Shown here in pieces: positions 39,501 through 46,814 of a DNA stretch of 64,000 nt. The first letter of the stretch is position 1, and each line of letters starts with the position of its first letter. Made by a program: the position numbers and the translations under genes. The stretch comes from a virus. Where the stretch lies: the IMG/VR virus record IMGVR_UViG_3300032299_001015, positions 1-64,000 of that record; one strand, given 5' to 3'. The notes under the pieces are model-generated. The model was not told where the DNA came from, did not search any database, and saw nothing but the letters and a program-made list of their open reading frames with translations.

Positions 39501-41404
39501 TTAGATGTACTTAATTTTCTTAAAGAAGTTTCATATGCAGACATTACCCCAACAAGTCTCTTCATTGCTGTTTCTTGGGTTGTAAAAGATGCTGTAAGAT
39601 TGTCTACTCCAAATTTTGCCGCCATAACCTCTGAGTTGAGAAGTTCAAATCTTTCAACTTTAAGGCCAGACATTCTAGCGCCAAGCCTAGTAACCATCAT
39701 TCCAAATTTAAGGCCATTGGCAATTAAATTACCAAATAGACCAACCAACATAATAATTGGTCCTGCCAAAGCAGCAATAGCAACACCTAACTTGGCAAAG
39801 TTTTTAATTGGCCCTGGTAAATCTTGGAAGAATCCTGAAAATTTTTGAATGCCTTCGCCAATAAATGAAAGTATTGGAATCAATGTTTCTGTGAGGGCCT
39901 GACCAATAGGCATGATTGCATTCTTTAAATCTTCCAAGGTTCTTTGGAATTTAACTGCGGTTGATTCTGTGAGAGTTTTAATTTCTTGATTTGCTACTGC
40001 CGCCAAATCAGTAGAACTTTTTGCCGCTAATTCTATTACTGATTGTGTCTGAGATCCTGTTCTTCCAATATTATCAAATAGAGCAGAAACTCTGGCAAAC
40101 TGATACTTACCAAAAATTTGCTCAATTACTCTAGATCTTCCAAATTCATCCAGACCATCTAGAGCATTCTTCATAGCATAAATTGTGGGCATTAACTGGC
40201 CCTTATTTGCATCAACAATTCCTACTAAATCTATACCAAACTTCTTAGCCACCTCACTAGCCTGCTTTGTTGGATTAATCAGGGAGGCGAGGCCAGATTT
40301 TAATGCATTCGCTGCTTCTGCGGCTGGGATGCCACCCTCTCGCATAGCCACAAGTAGAGTTGCAAGATCTTTAACATCTCCACCTAAACTTCTAACTACT
40401 GGACCAACTTTAGGAATAGCAGTTGATAAATCTTGAAGAGTTGCAGATGTTTGGTTTTCAACAGCGTTAAGGAAGTTAATTGACTCTGCTAATTCATCTG
40501 TATTAAGTCTGAATGCTGACTGCAGGGCAAGAGTTGCTTTCATTGCTTCTTGTCTATCTACTTCACCAAGGACCGCCAATCTAGTGGTTTGCTGGACAGA
40601 GTTAATCAGATCTTCGCCTTCTGCTCCAGTTGCAGCAATATCTGCAGCAAGAGCGGCAGTATCTTTAGCAGCGATTCCATAGGTACGAGATATTTCGTAA
40701 GCCAATTGTTGAATTTGTTCTCTCATGCGAGTAGTTGACTCACTAATTGCGCCACCAAGATCAGAACCATAAACCTTTTGGAACCTTGTCAATTCTTTGT
40801 CAAGGTCTCTGAACTGTTTAGAGGCTAAGGCTGTAAACATCGCCAAAGGAATGCTAAATCCAACCATCAGTTGGCGACCAGCCCACTGAGTATTTTTACC
40901 CCAGTTAAGCATAGATGTGGCACCGTTGTCAATTAGTTGATTGAAAATAGAAAATTTTTGAGCAGCCATTGCTGCAGAGTTTCCAGTAGCAGCAATAGAT
41001 GTAGGGGTAAGCATCATCATCTGCCCACCGCCCATTGGCACAGAAACAGACTGCTGGTATCTAACTTGCTGTTGAGCAAGTTGCTTCATTAAACTATTTT
41101 GCTTTGTATATCCTGCAACTGCTTCACGGAATGACTCTCGCATAGTCAGGCGGTTGGCAGCAATTTGCTTACCAAAATTTTCTACGGCATTATGAGCCTG
41201 TATTGTTTTAGCAGTAAATCCACCAATTTGTCCAACACCAGTAGCAAATGTTGCTGCTAGGCTTCTTTGCGCTGAAAGAGCAGATTTATCTAAGGTGTTA
41301 AAGGCAGCACTTAAAGCGCTAATCTGACCAGTAAGTGCTTTAATTTGAGCCTGGGCAGGAGAAAGGTTCGCGTTATATGTAATAACTGAATTAATATTAG
41401 CCAA
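33578..41404 (-). CDS. Tape measure protein with C-terminal amidase and lytic transglycosylase domains
   Basis: 2608 aa helical; TP901-type core; IMMHHTAG..EVE..HKDW amidase-2; IAMRESGG..GIFQLN SLT. Confidence 0.93.
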   Translation of the reverse strand: MANINSVITYNANLSPAQAQIKALTGQISALSAAFNTLDKSALSAQRSLAATFATGVGQIGGFTAKTIQAHNAVENFGKQIAANRLTMRESFREAVAGYTKQNSLMKQLAQQQVRYQQSVSVPMGGGQMMMLTPTSIAATGNSAAMAAQKFSIFNQLIDNGATSMLNWGKNTQWAGRQLMVGFSIPLAMFTALASKQFRDLDKELTRFQKVYGSDLGGAISESTTRMREQIQQLAYEISRTYGIAAKDTAALAADIAATGAEGEDLINSVQQTTRLAVLGEVDRQEAMKATLALQSAFRLNTDELAESINFLNAVENQTSATLQDLSTAIPKVGPVVRSLGGDVKDLATLLVAMREGGIPAAEAANALKSGLASLINPTKQASEVAKKFGIDLVGIVDANKGQLMPTIYAMKNALDGLDEFGRSRVIEQIFGKYQFARVSALFDNIGRTGSQTQSVIELAAKSSTDLAAVANQEIKTLTESTAVKFQRTLEDLKNAIMPIGQALTETLIPILSFIGEGIQKFSGFFQDLPGPIKNFAKLGVAIAALAGPIIMLVGLFGNLIANGLKFGMMVTRLGARMSGLKVERFELLNSEVMAAKFGVDNLTASFTTQETAMKRLVGVMSAYETSLRKLSTSNPALFVPGVAPAPRGAVPIRRQAGSTRPEFVPGSGRGDKIPAMLEPGEFIVNRAATEKYAPVLMQMNRGTLKGYENGGGTSRLAHLTRSVTVPITSAMDSATSGARRVLQQMLADGITEVKLFNNLVVSLSKATNDALNTEVEGKGVKKSILAAELKDRERWSLMMKATGLSFDQLQPTITGITSAMARLEGELINDPQLYRLVEAELVKLSNAGDIAAQRLLALSKQYGTVEYLRTNEGKERPGRMALGVSTSGTGTYKGSRLAADSWARKSTVDLERALDEGVVRAIQSSSPSKKADSIGEKAGKNIGNGAIIGLERGLRIATSKQVRTGPIGPGLESRSTATVYQREENARKLLEKALIKETQQTGLIADTKQRIVVQQKQHNIVLANWTKDLETGRWVHKDGTVAGTKRAAALDKLAQEESLLAAEEKKLRDIISIRERAERNAANAAESKAIAEKQLNQSIVKRSVQEGTMFTPGSYLMGGVSPYAASGANRPSRFGDISMDQRKALAAQRREAYLNNVGPGKSLTDARGSGGMRGAGAMNAAMGASMLASTVTMFSGATSEASSKIMMFTTALTTAIFALQAFSGTGIGGGIVGGVKKMGGGMAGLGARATAAAAGRGALTAGLLGGGGKALTGIGGALAGGGAAAAGTVAAVAIPLVITAAGLYMYKKSLDEAKEKANAAFAEPAKTAEFFGKTIDSLGSALENIQAAGASKELSSINSELRMAVSEDYAGLIEKLKTSVTTVGAADLGAAYTKMIISGMSAQEAQDAIKAISAEAGYKGGIAFASAFSNGLLEAKTIEEAYQQTVDNISPESVAGQQTAASEAMRQQAIDNPGLYGRSTPQVASRNFKNVLAGGPEFVQALKSSIEISQTAPELVAQNLDKIRESYLALNEDAGDILGMGTSAREMAFDEFKNMMGELDDPVINQLLDQLQNSTAETQALAIQMTALGVPLTEAKNAAGQFDDALARAAIENASRLATLNAALDDTKQALLDFADSSPITIAMDDISESVDKMQDKIESYAKSREKEKESIQENFELEQKAREDSLEAMQDEMDIKKESFDEEMDQLDEKSDKIEKSSDAYIKSLQKNQKADSFYAQQRNTAFGALQKLASGDVFGFLQDREQMSQDAQQFSYDEQISGIEERRDLELEAIDETRSEKQKEQEEYEKMMQDRMDSIQDLMDKESEMHETNMKNYDDETEKHNEELERRLENRSSKNQEAKDIIDGIKNGEIESYKEVTKVFGEQLAKRYADLVKNQIASLDAVLKQQVAAGDIERLDAEKQLVQMYNDLFGAAYFGGTPTSNSGYGGVGSYEDLRGKLGLSSFLPPIPKKNLPNVAYGGYISGPGGPKSDVIPAMLSNGEYVVQASSVSKYGKDMMDTINAGKFADGGPVELKKSLDKWIPKNRLSYYSSWDQYGSWPGGKPSGIMMHHTAGVGPGVLEWMARNPEAGKPVVQAMVGRDATAHILAYGGTGWGAGAGGTEGSYAAEIFNNKEYAGLKEDLKNLGGASNTLWQIEVESQGLKKDFTAGMFDTIARMSAAIKEYAGWPSFDGKIINHKDWAAASGPNRPNGQRGDTLYPLGLYQSNADRIWEQGGGETSETNRGETSETNNGGSGASSVQITPSIAAPKKGLFGILSMAGTPVSDKQSNSNNNGSTNEPTGNIQFSNIPDGYTVEDANRTLGHIRAGGWPTNLQRLAWSIAMRESGGRNIYDTGDYGIFQLNKPSYGSQPWWISDDKILNDPVYNSSVAYKNVSQSGKNFLPWAMRVDNNGNYSWDWSYYNPRPTWADATETRTAAFWNSWKYKASGGIMKLSAGGGAVSGPGGPRSDMIPAMLSNGEYVVKASSVAKYGKGFMDQVNAGQFGMGGLATTAPRMVSPAKYAGGGFVGSMSTATPTFGVPQVETINPSSMNANIANSYGGSNSSSVRNSSKVNIVINGAGGKSSNAIANKVISMINQANGRRNHSRSAG

Positions 41405-41792
41405 GTTCTGCGCCCTCCGCTATTTGATAAATTACTCCCATATCTGGAGTTAAACCTTGGCTTATGGCTCCCGCAGCACTTTTATCACCAGTCAACCTCT
41501 CCACCGCCCTGGCTTGAATTTCTTCAATAGTCGGTATTCTGCTTATTTCTGCATCGATATCTTCATCGATTTTTTCGTCAAGGTCTACGCCTTGAAGTGC
41601 AGCCATAAACTTTTGCCTCCTACGTTCAGATTCATATACTGCTTTTAGTGTTGCAGCAAGTTCTGGCATTGATAGCGACGATTCAAGTTCATCGTAGTCC
41701 TTCCAGTGACCCAGAAGAAATACTTCCCCTAGCATAGAGGCTAGATCTAGATCCTCCCAGCGAGTTCCTGAGCCGTCGCTACTAGGTTTGGG
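41397..41792 (-). CDS. Tail assembly chaperone, -1 frameshift extension (GT-like)
   Basis: Frame open from slippery heptamer through ..WEDLDLASMLGEVFLLG..; ORF track shows only 41397-41735. Confidence 0.75.
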   Translation of the reverse strand, partial: PKPSSDGSGTRWEDLDLASMLGEVFLLGHWKDYDELESSLSMPELAATLKAVYESERRRQKFMAALQGVDLDEKIDEDIDAEISRIPTIEEIQARAVERLTGDKSAAGAISQGLTPDMGVIYQIAEGAELG

Positions 41793-42082
41793 TCATTCAA
41801 CTTGATATCAGCAGCGACCTCAAGAATCTTGTACATGGTCTGAAGATCTACTGCTTCTTCAAGTTTTTCTGTGTCGTCTGCCAAATCTGGTGCAAACTGA
41901 CGGAATGCAATAGAGGTACATTTGATAAGAACATCAAGGAACTGATCTTCATTCTCTACCTCTGAAGCCTTCTGCCATTCCTTCATAACCTCTCTTAAAT
42001 TCTTAAGGTTAAGTGGCTTGACGATAATAGTTTGACCGTCAAGAAGTTCTAGTTCGACCGTTTCAAAAACCTTAGTAGCCAT
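41747..42082 (-). CDS. Tail assembly chaperone (G-like)
   Basis: Between major tail and TMP; ATG 42082 after GAAAGGA. Confidence 0.8.
   Translation of the reverse strand: MATKVFETVELELLDGQTIIVKPLNLKNLREVMKEWQKASEVENEDQFLDVLIKCTSIAFRQFAPDLADDTEKLEEAVDLQTMYKILEVAADIKLNDPNLVATAQELAGRI
41786..41792 (-). other. Programmed -1 frameshift heptamer C CCA AAC
   Basis: X XXY YYZ in correct phase; -1 frame joins downstream ORF. Confidence 0.75.
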
Positions 42083-42131
42083 TAACAAATCCTTTCGTTG
42101 TTTACAAATATTATACCGTATAAATGATAAA

Positions 42132-42153
42132 GACGCAGCAAAAATGCTGCGTC
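42132..42153 (-). terminator. Intrinsic terminator after major tail gene
   Basis: gacgcagca-aaaa-tgctgcgtc followed by TTTATCATTT on minus strand. Confidence 0.75.
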
Positions 42154-42177
42154 CCTATCATAAACTGTATTAAATTA

Positions 42178-42951
42178 TTAGAAGATACGGTCAACAATCT
42201 TGCCGTATGCAGCGTTACCGTCAGGAGCCTGGTTATCGGTTGTGGTTGAGGGAAGAACGCGGAAGTTAACAGGGAATACAGTAGCATCGTCACGACGAAC
42301 GCCAACACCGACTGCTTCAACAGAAACAGCGCGGTAAACCATGTAGATTCTTTCAGCCTTCTTGCCTGCACCAGCAGATTCAGCAACTGATGTGGGAGCA
42401 GAACCAACAAAGCACATAGAACGTTCTACAGGAGAAATACCTAGAGCGCCACCGTTAAGGTGGAGAAGGTTTTGAACCTGAGCCTGTGCTGAAGCGCCAG
42501 CAAATACTGCGCTTGCACCAGCAACGCCTAATGAACTTGCAGAACCGTCAGCGACAGCGATCTGGTTGTATGATGCGCCTGCGGAGGCAGTTTGGTAATC
42601 ACCTGTAGCACCGCCTGCACCACCAATAGCAACGTAAAGATTCTCAAGTGATGCTTCAGTCAAAGATGTAGCAACGCTAACTCTTTGCTGAGTCTTGAAC
42701 AGACGAGCAGTATCAAGCAACTGGTCAACCATAACGTCATTGAAGGTAGGCTCAATGTTGAGTGTGACACCCTCCATGGTGAAACCAAGGTGGTACCAAT
42801 CACCACTGGGAATGGATGTAACGTTTTGGGGATCTTGTGCGGTTGCGGTAGCAGAAGATACATTGATTCTATTATTTTCTGAACCATTCTTGCCTACATA
42901 GACAACGGCTGCACCAACGATAATATTCTTAGCATTAAAGTCTCTTGCCAT
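42178..42951 (-). CDS. Major tail tube protein
   Basis: KNIIVGAA, LGFTMEGV, VDQLLD, FPVNFRVLP; AAGGAGGTG RBS; position. Confidence 0.85.
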   Translation of the reverse strand: MARDFNAKNIIVGAAVVYVGKNGSENNRINVSSATATAQDPQNVTSIPSGDWYHLGFTMEGVTLNIEPTFNDVMVDQLLDTARLFKTQQRVSVATSLTEASLENLYVAIGGAGGATGDYQTASAGASYNQIAVADGSASSLGVAGASAVFAGASAQAQVQNLLHLNGGALGISPVERSMCFVGSAPTSVAESAGAGKKAERIYMVYRAVSVEAVGVGVRRDDATVFPVNFRVLPSTTTDNQAPDGNAAYGKIVDRIF

Positions 42952-42997
42952 TTATTTTTCACCTCCTTGGAGCGATAATATATACGCTTCCTCGTTA

Positions 42998-43003
42998 ATT
43001 ATA
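42998..43003 (-). promoter_or_regulatory. TATAAT -10 element of major tail gene (representative of a recurring promoter)
   Basis: Same hexamer upstream of genes at 422, 3653, 16429, 17623, 22404, 42110, 45589, 49065, 51852. Confidence 0.6.
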
Positions 43004-43018
43004 CTATCATGTACAAGA

Positions 43019-43513
43019 TTATTTTGTATATTCGTAGCAGACTTTAAGGCAAGTGATAAATTTAGGTTGAAAACTATCTATCCTTCTTTCATCTGCTATA
43101 AAATTTTCTTGAAATACATTAATGTATTTAAATTTTGTTAGATATCCCTGCGAGGCTAGATGGTTATTTATATTTCTAGCACTTTCATCCCACCGTTCCA
43201 GTGATTCAACAATCCAGTTCTTGACATAAAATATTTGAGGAAGATCTCCTACAATAATATAATCTGCATCTTCTTTTTGCATAGGCCAAAATGTTCCTGA
43301 TCCTGGAACAAACATGTAGTCATAGAGAATGTATGGAAGAGTGGCTGAATCTGGAGCAAGATTCTCGCTCACTGGATAGAATGGTGTAAAAGAATAATTG
43401 TTAGTGTTCCAAACAGCACTTGCTATTGCTGGCTGACCAACAACATTTCCCTTTGCTAAATCCCATAAATAATTATTAATTAGAACTATAGGAAGTTCTG
43501 TATAACTAGGCAT
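43019..43513 (-). CDS. Probable tail terminator
   Basis: Size, PYILYD motif, position before major tail. Confidence 0.6.
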   Translation of the reverse strand: MPSYTELPIVLINNYLWDLAKGNVVGQPAIASAVWNTNNYSFTPFYPVSENLAPDSATLPYILYDYMFVPGSGTFWPMQKEDADYIIVGDLPQIFYVKNWIVESLERWDESARNINNHLASQGYLTKFKYINVFQENFIADERRIDSFQPKFITCLKVCYEYTK

Positions 43514-44210
43514 AAATTGTTACCACTCCATCAGCAATGTTCATTGCGTCCATTTTACCACGCATAGAAGCATCTGTGACCATTCCAGAATTAATTCTAG
43601 GAATCATAAGTCGTCTTTTATTTATCATACCTTGCTCAATCTTTTTAAAGAATCCTAATCTATTAAGTATGACTGGACCTTGGCTGGCAATAAACCCTCT
43701 GAATGTTGATTCAAAACTTCCTCTGACCTGAGTGCCGCCAGGGTTATTAATAACTGATTTCTTTGAAGTTACAAACCTACCGTCTTCTAATTCATATCTT
43801 AAATATTCTGCTTTTTTAGGAGTAACAATAACTGTTTGTCCTGCCTCCATTATTTCGGCTTTGTTAGGGAAAGGAAAACCCTCTCTATTAGGCTCTTTGG
43901 CTGGAGTAAAGGAATAATTTATTATTGCTGAACCATCTGACGTATTAGAAATGACTGCATTAAATAATCTAGCAGAAGGATTTCCTGTTTTATCAAATTC
44001 ATATACATGGTGATAGGCTGATGGATTTTGCCTAGCCCTTGAGTCAATATACTGATTAAAATAATTTTTAATAAGTAGCGCAGCCCCACGATTTATTTTT
44101 TGTTTATTTATTGGGTTTACATAAAGACTTTGTAATAAAGTACCATCATATGTTGACAAGGCCAAAACTTTTTCAGAAAACTTTCCCGTATCGAATGCTT
44201 TGGTTGCCAT
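43506..44210 (-). CDS. Neck / tail-completion region protein
   Basis: Position; HHVYE motif. Confidence 0.55.
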   Translation of the reverse strand: MATKAFDTGKFSEKVLALSTYDGTLLQSLYVNPINKQKINRGAALLIKNYFNQYIDSRARQNPSAYHHVYEFDKTGNPSARLFNAVISNTSDGSAIINYSFTPAKEPNREGFPFPNKAEIMEAGQTVIVTPKKAEYLRYELEDGRFVTSKKSVINNPGGTQVRGSFESTFRGFIASQGPVILNRLGFFKKIEQGMINKRRLMIPRINSGMVTDASMRGKMDAMNIADGVVTIYA

Positions 44211-44650
44211 TATATGAACCTTTGTATTTCTTGTCTCATAAGTACGGTTTCGTACTCAATTACTGACCCATCAAAATTAATAAGTGGAGTGCTTCCCCTG
44301 GGCTCAAATATCGTAGATTGATTGGGATATCTTTCTGATGATGGGTCTTGATTTTCTAGAAAAATTATTCCATCTTCATTTCTTACATTTGCAACTCGGC
44401 GGTCGTATGAAATGGGCGTCGTAGTTCTTAATTTAACCATTGAGTTTAATATATTTAAATAATTATTTACTTCTACAGCAGTGGAGTTTTCTCCAATTCC
44501 TTTACGAACGACTCCTCTTGCAACACAGTCAACAGTTCTTTCGTACGTCCAAACTTTTTGAACAATTCCAGAGTTAACATCTTGGGTGACGGAGGCAGAG
44601 TAAATATCTGCTTGCATAGTATAGGCTGTAGAAGTGATGCAATTAGCCAT
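44210..44650 (-). CDS. Probable head-tail stopper
   Basis: Size, beta-rich pattern, position. Confidence 0.6.
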   Translation of the reverse strand: MANCITSTAYTMQADIYSASVTQDVNSGIVQKVWTYERTVDCVARGVVRKGIGENSTAVEVNNYLNILNSMVKLRTTTPISYDRRVANVRNEDGIIFLENQDPSSERYPNQSTIFEPRGSTPLINFDGSVIEYETVLMRQEIQRFI

Positions 44651-45565
44651 TTAAACCACCATATAACGTGCTTCTTTATATTTAGCGATAAGGTTATCAA
44701 CCACTAAATTGCCCGTCCCTGTGGAGAAGTCTGAGCCATACTTAATATTATAGGAGTCGTTAGACAGTTGGCTAATATTTTTATTACGAATGTTAAAATC
44801 ATTACAAAGATAGTCTTCTACCAATAATGCCGTTGCAAGTTCTATATCTGATGGAACATACTCCCATCCCCAAATTCCATCAATCTTGTAGGCAAAATCT
44901 TTTCTAAAAATTCCCTCGTAATAGAAAACTGAGAACTTAGGGAATTCAAGAATTTCTTTATTATTTGTTGAAGAGTTAACAATTTTAATTCTTGTTTTTG
45001 AACTGTCAATTTCCAAGGGGAAATCTAATTGATAATCTGGGTTATCTTTTTCATAAACAATTAGATCATCTTCATATATTTTATCAATTCTTTGAATAGG
45101 AATTGGAGTGGTAATAATATCTGCGTTCTGCCCAAAAACTGTCAATGTTCTTTTTTCTTTATAAAAATTATCACCAATGTATGAATTTAAACTCAAGCGT
45201 GCCTTCTTCTCTAACTGTCTCAAAAGATTAGTATTGGCTGACGCAGAACTTGGGATATCTGCAAGTTCTATAATTCTATTCGGTGTTGCGTATGGTCTAA
45301 CTAGAGCAAGATATTGTATTTCTGAAAATGCTCCACCTTGACTTGTAGTAACAAATTCAATTTTTATATTTCTATCATATTCTGTAGTATCTTTATTAAG
45401 ACTAATCGTGTAATTAAAAGATGCTGTTGGCCCCGCCCCTTTGCCACCTTGTAGGTATTCATTCGTATCAAGGTCATAGACTTCATAGAAAACATTGGTA
45501 GCATATGAACTAGCAGTATAAATAAAATTATACGCAGCGCCGTCCTGTCTTAAAAGTTCTTTCAT
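44651..45565 (-). CDS. Head-to-tail adaptor
   Basis: WGWEYVPSDIELAT, TGNLVVDNLI; follows capsid. Confidence 0.7.
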   Translation of the reverse strand: MKELLRQDGAAYNFIYTASSYATNVFYEVYDLDTNEYLQGGKGAGPTASFNYTISLNKDTTEYDRNIKIEFVTTSQGGAFSEIQYLALVRPYATPNRIIELADIPSSASANTNLLRQLEKKARLSLNSYIGDNFYKEKRTLTVFGQNADIITTPIPIQRIDKIYEDDLIVYEKDNPDYQLDFPLEIDSSKTRIKIVNSSTNNKEILEFPKFSVFYYEGIFRKDFAYKIDGIWGWEYVPSDIELATALLVEDYLCNDFNIRNKNISQLSNDSYNIKYGSDFSTGTGNLVVDNLIAKYKEARYMVV

Positions 45566-45620
45566 GTAACACCGCCGTTATTAGATTAATTATATTTTAC
45601 TATATTTTGGAATATGGAAA

Positions 45621-45642
45621 GGGGGCCGCTTGCGCGACCCCC
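45621..45642 (-). terminator. Intrinsic terminator after capsid gene
   Basis: Minus strand GGGGGTCGC-GCAA-GCGGCCCCC-TTT. Confidence 0.75.
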
Positions 45643-45663
45643 AAACCAAAAGATATTTAATTA

Positions 45664-46782
45664 TCAGCCAGTTACGGCGTTAGCCTTAGCCATTGCAGAA
45701 AGTTCTTCAATGTTAAGACCCATGCGGACGTAAACTGTGTACTCTACGGTGTCTTTCTTTGGCTTGAACTCACGGTGAACCGTAACGTCTCTCTGGAAGC
45801 CCCAGATTCTGTTTTGGGGGAATGTGAGATCAACGTAGTGATCTGGGTATAGTGGAACTTCCATTACGGGAATACCGTAAATAGAAGTTGTCATACCAGC
45901 AGGACCGCCTACGCGAGGGGGAGTACCACGAAGGATGCCAGAAGCGATATCCTCAGGTACACCACCTGAACCAATCTGACGGAGATCCGTAAGAAGGGTT
46001 TGAACGTTCTTTGTTGAAGCATAGAACTTCAATTCGCCACGACGAGCCTTGTACTTACGACCAAGGCTGTTGTAGAGATTCTCAAAGAAGGCAATTGCAG
46101 AACCTGACTTCAGTTGACCTGCGGTGGTTGCTGCGGTGAAGAATGTGGATGCTGTGGTAACAGTTGCTGCGGTACCAAAGTGAGTACCACCAGCAGCGCC
46201 GTCAGCGAGTGCAACGAAACCATTAATTGTGTATGGGTAAGTTGTACCAGCGTAGGATGCAGTTCCCTGAGCAGCAAGACCGTTGATGGCAATATCTTCA
46301 AGATCGTTACCAAATTGACTAGCCATTAGGCGGACAATGTGATCTTCAAGAGCGGAGCCTTCAATGTTATCCTCAAGTGCCTCAGTTGAGAGTTCGTAGT
46401 CCAAGCGGAACTTAGTGGTGACGATTTCGACCTTGGTGAATTGGGCACCACGGTTTGCGTAACTTACTGTGCCTGCACCAGCATCAAGAATGTTATCACT
46501 TGCTTGTGATGCTCTGCGGATCAAACGTGTACCGACCTGAATCTTATCAAATTCGGCAGTATTTGAACGCATGACTTGTCTACGACCGTCATTACCTAGA
46601 ACCATTTGATCAAACACATAGTCTAGGAACTGACGGGATTGTTCTGGAAGTAGCACGCCACCGTTCTGAGTTAGTGGGTTAGTGGTCAAGTTCTCCATAT
46701 CACCGCTTGAAGCGAGATCTGAGATGATTGCACCAGTACCAACGTTTACAGCGGCAGCGGCTTTATTAATAATGTCACTCAT
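45664..46782 (-). CDS. Major capsid protein (HK97 fold)
   Basis: GGVLLPEQSRQF, ELSTEALEDNIEG, FGNDLEDIAING, YGIPV. Confidence 0.92.
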   Translation of the reverse strand: MSDIINKAAAAVNVGTGAIISDLASSGDMENLTTNPLTQNGGVLLPEQSRQFLDYVFDQMVLGNDGRRQVMRSNTAEFDKIQVGTRLIRRASQASDNILDAGAGTVSYANRGAQFTKVEIVTTKFRLDYELSTEALEDNIEGSALEDHIVRLMASQFGNDLEDIAINGLAAQGTASYAGTTYPYTINGFVALADGAAGGTHFGTAATVTTASTFFTAATTAGQLKSGSAIAFFENLYNSLGRKYKARRGELKFYASTKNVQTLLTDLRQIGSGGVPEDIASGILRGTPPRVGGPAGMTTSIYGIPVMEVPLYPDHYVDLTFPQNRIWGFQRDVTVHREFKPKKDTVEYTVYVRMGLNIEELSAMAKANAVTG

Positions 46783-46814
46783 GCTTTTCTTTACACCTCT
46801 CTTTCTTATTTTAA

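Noticed and set aside
42111-42410. 99-aa ORF overlapping the major tail 3' end as a frameshift extension
   Set aside because: It runs through the terminator hairpin and next promoter, looks non-protein-like, and I identified no slippery site
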